From NCBI GenBank assembly GCA_012514235.1, contig JAAZAR010000140.1, positions 9,414-73,413 on the forward strand: DNA of 64,000 nt. The letters are read 5' to 3'. The position numbers and the translations under genes are program-made. Source of the DNA: Actinomycetota bacterium. GTDB taxonomy: Bacteria > Actinomycetota > Thermoleophilia > UBA2241. The notes below the pieces were generated by a model, which was not told where the DNA came from, made no database searches, and was given only the letters and a program-made list of their open reading frames with translations. Positions 8,592 through 16,214 of this stretch are shown one piece after another (position 1 is the first letter of the stretch; each line of letters starts with the position of its first letter).

Positions 8592-9305
8592 ATGGCCTTG
8601 CACGACAGCGACCTGGGCCGCAACCTGCTGCTCGGCGACGGCGTGGTCGTCGGCAGGGACGTCGTCTTCGGCGCCAACGTCGTCGTGTACGAAGACACCG
8701 TCATCGGCGACGGCTGCTTCATCCAGGACGGCGCGGTGCTCGGCAAGGTGCCGAGCCTCTCGCCGACCAGCACCGCCAAGCGCGGCGAGCTCGCGCCGCT
8801 CCAGCTCGGCGCCGGCTGCGTGATCAGCACCGGCGCCGTGGTCTACCGCGGCACCACGCTCGGCGAGGGTTGCATCCTCGGCGACTACGCCGGCGTGCGC
8901 GAGCGGTGCACGCTCGGCCAGCGGGTCGTCGTCGGTCGCGGCAGCGTCGTGGAGAACGACACCATCATCGGCGACTTCACCAAGATCCAGACCGACGTGT
9001 ACATAACCGCGTACATGACGATCGAGGAACGGTGCTTCATCGCGCCGTGCGTCCAGACCACCAACGACAACTTCATGGGCCGCACGGAGAAGCGTCACAA
9101 GCTCATCAAGGGTGCGACCATCCGCCGCGGCGCCCGCGTCGGCGGCGGCGCGGTGCTCTGCCCGGCGATCGAGATCGGCGAAGAGGCGTTCATCGCCGCC
9201 GGCGCCGTGGTGACGAAGGACGCGCCGGCCGGCAAGGTGCTCATGGGCGTGCCGGCCCGCGTCGTGCGCGACGTGTACGAGGACGAGCTGCTCGAGAACC
9301 AGTAG
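8592..9305 (+). CDS. Hexapeptide-repeat (left-handed beta-helix) acetyltransferase, WbpD-like by context
   Basis: 237 aa from ATG 8592, 2 nt after the upstream stop. Runs of [LIV]-G-x-x-x-x hexapeptides throughout. TAG stop. Confidence 0.8.
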   Translation: MALHDSDLGRNLLLGDGVVVGRDVVFGANVVVYEDTVIGDGCFIQDGAVLGKVPSLSPTSTAKRGELAPLQLGAGCVISTGAVVYRGTTLGEGCILGDYAGVRERCTLGQRVVVGRGSVVENDTIIGDFTKIQTDVYITAYMTIEERCFIAPCVQTTNDNFMGRTEKRHKLIKGATIRRGARVGGGAVLCPAIEIGEEAFIAAGAVVTKDAPAGKVLMGVPARVVRDVYEDELLENQ

Positions 9306-9456
9306 CCCGCGGACCTTATGACGAGGGGCTCGGACAGACGTGTCGGAAGGGGCGCCGCGAGGCGCCCCTTTTCGCGTCCTGCGGCGCGTGGTGGCCCTCT
9401 CTCGCCGGTTTCAGGACGGGAACACTCCGGTTACAGGTTCAGGCGTGGGATCAGCG

Positions 9457-10197
9457 ATGGACGACGAGACACGGCAGGGCGACCAGGGACGGACGGCGGA
9501 TGAGGGCGCCGGCGCGGCTCCGGCGCGCGACGAGCGGCGGCCGCACGGCGCCGTGCGGTTCACGCGCCGCCGCTTGCTGCTGGTGGGGGGAGCCCTTGCC
9601 GCCGGCGTGGCCGCCGCTGTCGCCGGTCTGCGCGCCCTCGGCGGCCCCTCCGAGGTGGCCGACAAGGTCGGAGGCCCCGTGGCCGACCAGTTCGGCACGT
9701 TCCCGGTGCGCAGCGTCGAGGACGTGCCCGACGTTCCGCCCGGGCAATGGGTCGTCAAGGTGGACGGCCTCGTGGAGACGCCGCTGACGATCGACCGCCC
9801 GACGTGGGCCGCGCTGCCGCGCGTGGACGAGACGGCCGACTTCCTCTGCGTCGAGGGCTGGGGTGTCGACGACGTGCGCTGGGGCGGCGTGGCGCCGTCG
9901 GTGGTCCTGGACCGGGCCGGCGTCCGGCCGGAGGCGCGCTACGCCGTCTTCTACGCCGCCGGCGGCGTCTACCTCAGCAGCCTGCCGCTCGAGCTGGTCC
10001 GTGACTCCCAGACCGTGCTGGCGGACGCGATCGCCGGCGCTCCGCTGCCGCCCAAGCACGGCGGGCCGCTGCGCCTGGTGGTGCCGAAGCAGCTCGGCTA
10101 CAAGAGCGTGAAGTGGGTGCGGCGGATCGAGCTCACGGACCGGATCCGGACCGGCTACTGGGAGTCCAGGGGCTATCCGGAGGACGCTCCGGTCTGA
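9457..10197 (+). CDS. Tat-exported molybdopterin-binding oxidoreductase (sulfite-oxidase/MsrP-YedY family)
   Basis: Twin-arginine signal FTRRRLLLVGGALAAGVAAAVAG. Oxidored_molyb-like core (ADFLCVEGWG, PPKHGGPLRLVVP, GYKSVKWVRRIEL). The start is taken at ATG 9457; track start 9340 is possible. Confidence 0.78.
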   Translation: MDDETRQGDQGRTADEGAGAAPARDERRPHGAVRFTRRRLLLVGGALAAGVAAAVAGLRALGGPSEVADKVGGPVADQFGTFPVRSVEDVPDVPPGQWVVKVDGLVETPLTIDRPTWAALPRVDETADFLCVEGWGVDDVRWGGVAPSVVLDRAGVRPEARYAVFYAAGGVYLSSLPLELVRDSQTVLADAIAGAPLPPKHGGPLRLVVPKQLGYKSVKWVRRIELTDRIRTGYWESRGYPEDAPV

Positions 10198-10442
10198 CGA
10201 CAGGGGACGGCTTGGCCTCGGCCGGGCATCGGCCTCGCCGAGGCCACGGCCTGACCCGGCATTGGCCGCGCCAACGTCGCGTCTTGACTCGGCAGCGGTC
10301 TCTCGCTGGGGCCCTGGTCGCGTCTTGCCCCCAGGAACCGTCGGGGTGATCCCCGCGTGCGGCCGCAGGCCGTGCGGCGCGGTAGACTGACGCGTACGCC
10401 GCGCGCGCCGCGCCGACCAGCGAGGAGTCCAGGAGGCCGACG

Positions 10443-10610
10443 ATGACGAAGTACATCTGCACCGTGTGCGACTACGTGTACGACCCCGAGGTGGGGGATC
10501 CCGACAACGGGATCGAGCCGGGCACCGCCTTCGAGGACCTGCCTGACGACTGGGTGTGCCCGGACTGCGGAGTCGAGAAGGACGAGTTCGAGCCTCTCGA
10601 CGAGGGGTGA
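10443..10610 (+). CDS. Rubredoxin (55 aa; below the ORF-track length cutoff)
   Basis: My translation is [55 protein letters not shown]. It has the two CxxC knuckles (CTVC, CPDC) and the rubredoxin core Y.YDP..GD...G...GT.FEDLP.DW.CP.CG. AGGAGG lies 6 nt upstream. Confidence 0.92.
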   Translation: MTKYICTVCDYVYDPEVGDPDNGIEPGTAFEDLPDDWVCPDCGVEKDEFEPLDEG

Positions 10611-10654
10611 TGCAGGCAAGGACGCGGCGACCGACCTCGTCAGCGAGGGCCGGT

Positions 10655-11875
10655 CTACTGCGCCCGCGGCACGGGTTTGAGACCCTCCGCGAAGGCGAGC
10701 AGTTCCTGGCGGGTGAGCCCGCCGGTGACGAAGACGGCCCGGCGCTCCCCGACCACGAACAACGACGGCCCTGACTCCTGGTACCAGGTCAGGGCCGTCT
10801 CGCCCGCGAAGGCGCCGTAGCCCAGCGTCGTCTCCCGGACGGAGAGTCTGCCGTTCGCAGCCGCCTCCTGCTGGGCCGGCATCCCGGACAGTCGCTCCAT
10901 CGTCGCGGACCCGACCTGCTCGACGGTGAACAGGGAGAGGCCTCGCGTGTAGAGCTCGAGGACGCCGGTCCCCTGCGAGTCGTCGGGCAGGTCCCACGGC
11001 CCGTCGTCGACCCGGCTGAGGGACCCGGCCGGGACGGTGGCGACGGCCCTGAGCTCGTAGCCGTCCGGCGCCAGGTCGGAGACGAGGACGTCGTAGCCTG
11101 CGTCGCGACCGGCGTCGACGGGAGTGGCCGCGTACTGCGGCGCGCTGGTGACGACCTCGGCGCCCGCTCCGGCAGCCGCGTCGGCGTCGTGGGCCGCGGC
11201 AGTCTGCGGCGGCGAGTCCCAGTCGATGTCGGCGGTGAACGTCTCGCCGCCGCTGCTGTACCAGGTGACGAGGCCGGTCTCCTGGTCGACGACGACATCG
11301 ACCTGCCGGTCGAGGCGCATGGACGCGCGCCAGACGGCCCGGTCGGCGTCTTTGCCCGGCTTGATCCCCACCGTGTCGTCGCCGTCCTCCACGGCCGTGC
11401 GGACGATCGCCGCCAGCCCCTGGTAGTCGAGCGGACTGCGCGTCGCGACCCTCCAGACGGGCGGCCACTGGCCGACGGTCCTGCGGCACCTGAGCCGGGC
11501 ACCCACACCGGCGCACGTGCTCTCCGTTCGCGTCGCCGTGGCGTACGCCGATCGCACGGGGACGAGACCGGGGGCGCCGGGTCCGGCCGGCGTCCGCGCC
11601 GAGCCGCCGGCGTCGCCGGATCGCACGGCGCTGAACTCGCCGTCGACGCCAGTCTCTCCGCCCGCCGCCGTCGAGCGCCACTGGTACGTGCCCTGTACGC
11701 CATCCACGAGAGGCGCCGTGACCGGCTCGTCCGAGCGCAGGAAGAGCATCCAGGCGACGGCGAAGACGACGGCCAGCGCGACAAGTGTCGCCGCGAAGCT
11801 CGGCGGGCGCCGGCTGAAGCGCGCGGCTCGCGCCCGCTGGCTGGGTCGCTGTGGTGACGTGAACACCGGCGTCAC
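10655..11875 (-). CDS. Membrane-anchored extracytoplasmic protein, LolA-like/DUF4367-like C-terminus (paralogous to the ectodomain of the anti-sigma factor at 22194..23669)
   Basis: Arg-rich cytoplasmic N-terminus, TM helix FAATLVALAVVFAVAWMLFL, and a C-terminal ...VFVTGGLTRQELLAFAEGLKPV resembling the end of the anti-sigma protein (...VSVAGDLTREELARIAGSLHPI). The start (GTG 11875) is uncertain. The 737-aa track ORF is an overextension. Confidence 0.55.
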   Translation of the reverse strand: MTPVFTSPQRPSQRARAARFSRRPPSFAATLVALAVVFAVAWMLFLRSDEPVTAPLVDGVQGTYQWRSTAAGGETGVDGEFSAVRSGDAGGSARTPAGPGAPGLVPVRSAYATATRTESTCAGVGARLRCRRTVGQWPPVWRVATRSPLDYQGLAAIVRTAVEDGDDTVGIKPGKDADRAVWRASMRLDRQVDVVVDQETGLVTWYSSGGETFTADIDWDSPPQTAAAHDADAAAGAGAEVVTSAPQYAATPVDAGRDAGYDVLVSDLAPDGYELRAVATVPAGSLSRVDDGPWDLPDDSQGTGVLELYTRGLSLFTVEQVGSATMERLSGMPAQQEAAANGRLSVRETTLGYGAFAGETALTWYQESGPSLFVVGERRAVFVTGGLTRQELLAFAEGLKPVPRAQ

Positions 11876-12335
11876 TCGGCGCCGATGGCGCTCCGGGCGG
11901 CCACGGCGCCGGTGCGCATGACGTGAAGCCGCATCGTGTGTGACCGTCCGTCCATGGGCCCAAAGCCTGCCCTTCCGGTCACCTGCGTGCAAGCGAACAG
12001 CTAACGAACTCCACCGTTCCGTACGTGTCTCGGGACTACGGAGGCCCACGGGCACAAGCGGAAACTCATACGGCTTCTGAGTGCGAATATCCCTGCAAAT
12101 CGCAGGAAAAAGCGGGTTGCAATCGGGCGCCGGTTGGCATTGGATGTTCGCCGAGTCAAGGCAGTGCCCCCGGCGCCCGAGCCCCGTGTATCCCTCATCC
12201 TTCCCCACTGCAAGGGATGTGCGAACATGGCCGGCGTTTCGGGGCCCGCAAGCACCCGCCGGTCTGCTGCCGGCGGGTGCCGCAAGCCCCGTCGGCGCCA
12301 GTCGCCGGCGGGGGTCACGACGGGGAAAGGACGCC

Positions 12336-14120
12336 GTGCACAGACAACTGGCACTCATCATCGCACTCTGCCTGGTGGCCGTTTCAGCGGTCGCCGGCCT
12401 GGCCTCGGCGAGGCCAGCAACGCTCCAGGACGTGGTGGAGAGGACGGTGACGGCCGGCCCACGAGGTACGCACGACCTCGTGCGAGCGGGCCAGACCGTC
12501 CTCGATGCAGCAGACGGGGTCTCCGCCACGATCCGAACGACGGCATACCAGGGGTTCTGTTGGAACGTGGAGAAGAGCGTCGACGTGTCGACGGTCTTCA
12601 CCGGTGCGTTCCGGCCAGACGCCCCCGCCGCGACGATCGCGGAGGTGCCGTCGTCGACGACGCCGGTCCCGGCCGCGGAGCCGGCGAAGCCCGCGACGCA
12701 GTCCGCGACTCCGGAGTCGATCGTCACGCTGACGCCGGCGCCGACCGCGGCAGCGTCGACCACCGTGTACGCGGCGGCCCAGGCCACGGCCCGCGCCGCC
12801 ACGGCGCCGGCTCTCACCGGCACCGCTTCGGCCGAGACCGCGGCCTCGAGCCATCCGGCCAGCCACATGAACGACAGCTCGACGTCGACCTATTGGCAGG
12901 CCTCCAGCTCCGCAGTACCGCAGAAGGTCACCATCGACCTCGGGTCGCCGAAGGCCGTCAGCGCCTCCAACGTGTCCTGGCGAGTGAACGGCGCCGTCCA
13001 CTTCCGTGTCTTCGGAAGCAACGACCAGCGGGCGTGGCGTGAACTCGCCAACTGCGACGGCAACCGGCTCGCCACCACGAGCACGGCGATCTCCGGGACG
13101 TGGCGGTACGTGCGCATGCGCATCGGCTACGTCGCCTCCGGGTCCGCCGGCATCTACGACTGGAAGGTCTACGGCACGGCGACGGCGTCGCCGTCTCCGA
13201 CCGCGACGCCCAAGCCGACCGCGACACCGACGCAGACCGCGACGCCCAAACCGACCGCGACACCGACGTCGGGGTCCTCGGCGAGCTACACGACGATGAC
13301 CAACGCCAAGCTCCAGTCAGGCACGTCCTCGGCACCGCGCGTCTACGAGAACATCATCTTCAAGGGCGGCAGCAGCACCACCGGCGTCCTGCACATCAAC
13401 TACAACCTGCACGACGTGGTCCTGCGCAACTGCATCATCGATACCGGCCCGCAGAACGGCTGGACCATCAACACGAACGACTCGGTGAGCGTGTACAACA
13501 TCCGCGTCGAGGGGCTCACCATCCGCCCCCAGCCGCGCATGGGCCTTGAGTTCACCGACCGCACCTACTCGGGGCGCAGCACCAACAACTGGCGCTACCT
13601 GACCCTCAACAACGTGACCGTGGAGCCCTCGGGCTCGGAGGCGGTCTCGTTCTGCTCGACCGCCATGGGCAACGCCTACACCACTGTGAAGGACATGGTG
13701 ATCGAGGGGTCGGGCACCCGTCCGGACCTCTACAGCTGGGGCCAGGGCTTCGAGATCAACAAGGCCAAGGGGATCACGGTCGACGGCCTTACCATCAGGC
13801 AGACGAGGGGCTCGGCATTCAACCTGCAGGGTCCCTCCTCGTCGACCAACATGATGTGGAAGTTCACTCGTGTCAACGCCGACATGAGCGTGCGTGACTC
13901 CCAGCAGACGCAGAGCATGAGCACTACCTCGCAGGTCGTGTACTGCAAGAACGCCACCGGCTGGAGCTTCTCCGGGCGCGTGGTGGCCACCGTCTCCGAC
14001 TGCGGCTATCTCGACAACGTGAAGGGCGCTACGTTCACGGGCACGAGCTGGACCCGCGTCGGCGGCACGGCGCGGGTCCTGCAGGCGAACGGCAGCAGCG
14101 GCAACATCGGGCTGCCGTGA
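12336..14120 (+). CDS. Secreted protein: F5/8-type-C (discoidin) carbohydrate-binding domain, Pro/Thr linker, right-handed beta-helix domain
   Basis: GTG 12336 with GGAAAGGA upstream and signal peptide LALIIALCLVAVSAVAGLASA. Discoidin-like segment (STYWQA...KVTIDLG...WRYVRMRI...IYDWKVYG). TATPKPTATPTQ linker. The C-terminal part has repetitive N/G/T-rich beta-helix-like turns. Confidence 0.8.
   Translation: MHRQLALIIALCLVAVSAVAGLASARPATLQDVVERTVTAGPRGTHDLVRAGQTVLDAADGVSATIRTTAYQGFCWNVEKSVDVSTVFTGAFRPDAPAATIAEVPSSTTPVPAAEPAKPATQSATPESIVTLTPAPTAAASTTVYAAAQATARAATAPALTGTASAETAASSHPASHMNDSSTSTYWQASSSAVPQKVTIDLGSPKAVSASNVSWRVNGAVHFRVFGSNDQRAWRELANCDGNRLATTSTAISGTWRYVRMRIGYVASGSAGIYDWKVYGTATASPSPTATPKPTATPTQTATPKPTATPTSGSSASYTTMTNAKLQSGTSSAPRVYENIIFKGGSSTTGVLHINYNLHDVVLRNCIIDTGPQNGWTINTNDSVSVYNIRVEGLTIRPQPRMGLEFTDRTYSGRSTNNWRYLTLNNVTVEPSGSEAVSFCSTAMGNAYTTVKDMVIEGSGTRPDLYSWGQGFEINKAKGITVDGLTIRQTRGSAFNLQGPSSSTNMMWKFTRVNADMSVRDSQQTQSMSTTSQVVYCKNATGWSFSGRVVATVSDCGYLDNVKGATFTGTSWTRVGGTARVLQANGSSGNIGLP
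13199..13270 (+). repeat. Two tandem 36-bp copies encoding the TATPKPTATPTQ linker
   Basis: gaccgcgacgcccaagccgaccgcgacaccgacgca / gaccgcgacgcccaaaccgaccgcgacaccgacgtc. There are 3 mismatches over 36 nt. Confidence 0.85.
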
Positions 14121-14229
14121 ACCACGCCCCCCGCGAGGGAAGACGCAGACGGCTGCCGGGCCGCGGAGCGGCGACCTGAGGGCGCCGGATCGACGACGGA
14201 GCGATACCGAGCCTGGCAGCACAAGTCCT

Positions 14230-14280
14230 GACGACGAGCGGGGCGGGCGGTAGGGAAGGCCGCCCGCCCCGCTCGTCGTC
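14230..14280. terminator. Bidirectional intrinsic-terminator-like hairpin (21-bp perfect stem) between convergent genes
   Basis: GACGACGAGCGGGGCGGGCGG tagggaagg CCGCCCGCCCCGCTCGTCGTC. Confidence 0.75.
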
Positions 14281-14354
14281 GCTCCTTGCCGGCCGCGTTC
14301 CTGTGCGCGGAGACCGCTACCGGGCGGTGTACGTGGGCGGACCGGCGATGTGGC

Positions 14355-15011
14355 TCAGAGGATCGGTCCGAGCTCGGTCCATCCGGACGTGAGCTTCACC
14401 TTCAGCGTGAATCCGGTCGCCGGGCGTGCGTAGCTGTAGTCTCCCAGGCTCGCCCCGGCGGTCATGGCGGAGCCGGTCCACGGGTTGCGCGGCCAGACGT
14501 AGGCAGGGGAGGCGAAGGTGGTCTGGTCCAGCGTCTCCGGATACGTGTCGTGCTGCAGGTAGTAGGTCGTGAGGTAGCGCTGCAGCAGGAGCAGATTGTG
14601 CTTGCTCGCCGTGTTGCGCTCGGCTTTGAACCACGCGGGCATCGCGCTCTTCAGCACGAACTTGCCCTTGGAGAGGTGCATCGTGAGCCGGTAGCTCCGG
14701 CCGTCGCTGCCGAGGGCGTAGGTGTAGGTGCCGCGCGAGCTCCCCGGGCCCATGACCTTGCCGGTCCAGGGGTTGGCCGGCCAGATGATTGTGGAGTTGG
14801 GCAGCCCACCCCCCTTCTTCACCATCGACTTGGGCGGGTAGACGAACTGGTGGGCCTGGCCGTAGGTGTTGATGGAGCTCTGGATGAGGAGCCCGCCGGC
14901 CTGGACCTGCTTGTCCACGAAGCTGACGGCGTCGGCGCGCGGAGCCGCGGCGGCGAGGGTCAGGGCGAGGGCGACGGTCGACAGGACGACGAAGAGCCGG
15001 CGTCTGGTCAC
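14355..15011 (-). CDS. Secreted protein with two pseudopilin-globular-domain-like modules (family member P1)
   Basis: GTG start with AGGAGG 5 nt upstream and signal peptide MTRRRLFVVLSTVALALTLAAAAPRADA. Two modules end in IIWPANPWTGKVMGPGSSRGTYTYALGSDGRSYRLTMHL and YVWPRNPWTGSAMTAGASLGDYSYARPATGFTLKVKL. Confidence 0.8.
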   Translation of the reverse strand: MTRRRLFVVLSTVALALTLAAAAPRADAVSFVDKQVQAGGLLIQSSINTYGQAHQFVYPPKSMVKKGGGLPNSTIIWPANPWTGKVMGPGSSRGTYTYALGSDGRSYRLTMHLSKGKFVLKSAMPAWFKAERNTASKHNLLLLQRYLTTYYLQHDTYPETLDQTTFASPAYVWPRNPWTGSAMTAGASLGDYSYARPATGFTLKVKLTSGWTELGPIL

Positions 15012-15032
15012 GGGAGCCTCCTGTGGCGGTGA

Positions 15033-15959
15033 TCAGTCGGGGGAGCCGGCGCCGCGCGCCGGCGCCGCAGGCGACGGCGCGGTGCCTCCGGCCTCGTACT
15101 CCCCCGAGTGAAGATGGACGGTGAGCGTGTAGGCGCCGGCAGCGCCGGCGGCATACGTGTAGGTGCCGGGCACGGTGCCGGGCGCCATGGGGCCGCCGCT
15201 GGCGGGGTCGAGCGGCCAGTCCGTGTGGGCGGCGCCGACCGCCGCGGCCGGCGCCATCTCGACGGCGCTCGGGAGCGCACCGGCGTGCTGGAGCGACCAC
15301 TGGTCGACGTAGCCTCGCAGGATGCGGCCGTTTCGTCTGACGATCTCGTCCTCGAGGCTGATGAGCAGCTGCTGCCAGGGAGTGGCCACCACGGTGCCGG
15401 TCAGGACGTAGTCTCCCTTGAGTGCCCGATGCAGCCGCAGCGTGTACGACCTCCGGTCTGAGGTGACCGAGTAGGAGAACGACCCCCGATCGCGGCGCTG
15501 CGTCATGGCGCGGTGGTCCCAGGGGTTGCTGGGCCAGTAGCGGCGACGGGGCTCCTGGCCCACGGCGCCGTCCGACTCGATCGCGGACGGCAGAGGATAC
15601 CGGCCGTCGTGCGCGGCGGCGTAGTCCTCGATGTACTGGCGGATGAGGTTGATGCCCTCCTCGCTGCGGTGGTCGTAAGCCCGCATGATGGTGCGTGGCA
15701 TGCCCCCTCTGAGCACGATGGTGCCGCCGTTCAGGTAGCCGACGAGGCGGTAGCGACGCCTGTCCGGCGTCACGGTGTACCGGTAGTGGCCGCGGCCCGT
15801 GCCCGGACGCAGGTCCTGGCCCGTCCAGGGGTCGTCCGGCCACAGCCGGCTCCCGGCGAGGCGGCCTGGCTGGATCGACGCCCGGCGCGGATATACGAAG
15901 TAGCGCTCGGCCCCGGCGCGGTCGATGAGGCCGCGCAGCGCGAGGACGGCCGCCCTCAT
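15033..15959 (-). CDS. Protein with three pseudopilin-globular-domain-like modules (family member P2). A signal-peptide-coding extension continues in frame to about 16073 without a canonical start.
   Basis: Modules: LWPDDPWTGQDLRPGTGRGHYRYTVTPDRRRYRLVGYL; YWPSNPWDHRAMTQRRDRGSFSYSVTSDRRSYTLRLH; DWPLDPASGGPMAPGTVPGTYTYAAGAAGAYTLTVHL. The first ATG is at 15959. Upstream in frame the sequence encodes TTRRITRLTLILAALLLAALCAGAVTSAPARAA. Confidence 0.75.
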   Translation of the reverse strand: MRAAVLALRGLIDRAGAERYFVYPRRASIQPGRLAGSRLWPDDPWTGQDLRPGTGRGHYRYTVTPDRRRYRLVGYLNGGTIVLRGGMPRTIMRAYDHRSEEGINLIRQYIEDYAAAHDGRYPLPSAIESDGAVGQEPRRRYWPSNPWDHRAMTQRRDRGSFSYSVTSDRRSYTLRLHRALKGDYVLTGTVVATPWQQLLISLEDEIVRRNGRILRGYVDQWSLQHAGALPSAVEMAPAAAVGAAHTDWPLDPASGGPMAPGTVPGTYTYAAGAAGAYTLTVHLHSGEYEAGGTAPSPAAPARGAGSPD

Positions 15960-16214
15960 CTCCTCGTTCGGAGACGCCGCGCGGGCGGGCGCCGAGGTGA
16001 CAGCGCCCGCGCAGAGCGCCGCGAGCAGCAGGGCGGCGAGGATGAGCGTGAGTCGGGTGATGCGTCTCGTCGTGGCCCCCTTCTTCCTCTCCCAGTGTCA
16101 TCGGGCGCTCCGCTCCGGTCAACCGCAGGCGCCGCCGAGCCACGTCTGCTGCTACGATTCGCGACGAGCGTCGTGCAGCCTGCAGCGCTCGTGGATGGAA
16201 GCGAAGGGGGACAC

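Noticed and set aside
11876-12335. ydaO (c-di-AMP), GEMM (c-di-GMP) or 6C RNA in the long leader region.
   Set aside because: I could not find the conserved cores I remember for these (ACCCGTCAGCTAAC-type for ydaO; GCAAA/GGCAAACC...GGGACGCAAAGCC for GEMM; two hexa-C loops for 6C). Only generic hairpins are present.
10655-12868. The 737-aa ORF taken as a single giant envelope protein.
   Set aside because: The region upstream of about 11875 is low-complexity Ala/Arg/Pro and runs through the AT-richer non-coding region and antisense to the discoidin gene. A plausible architecture (cytoplasmic tail, TM, ectodomain) begins near 11875.
15513-16214. A 234-codon N-terminal extension of the mtbB ORF in the track.
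   Set aside because: The extension is Arg/Ala-rich and overlaps the opposite-strand P2 gene. MtbB homology begins eight residues before RMGDG, which coincides with GTG 16215 preceded by AAGGGGG.
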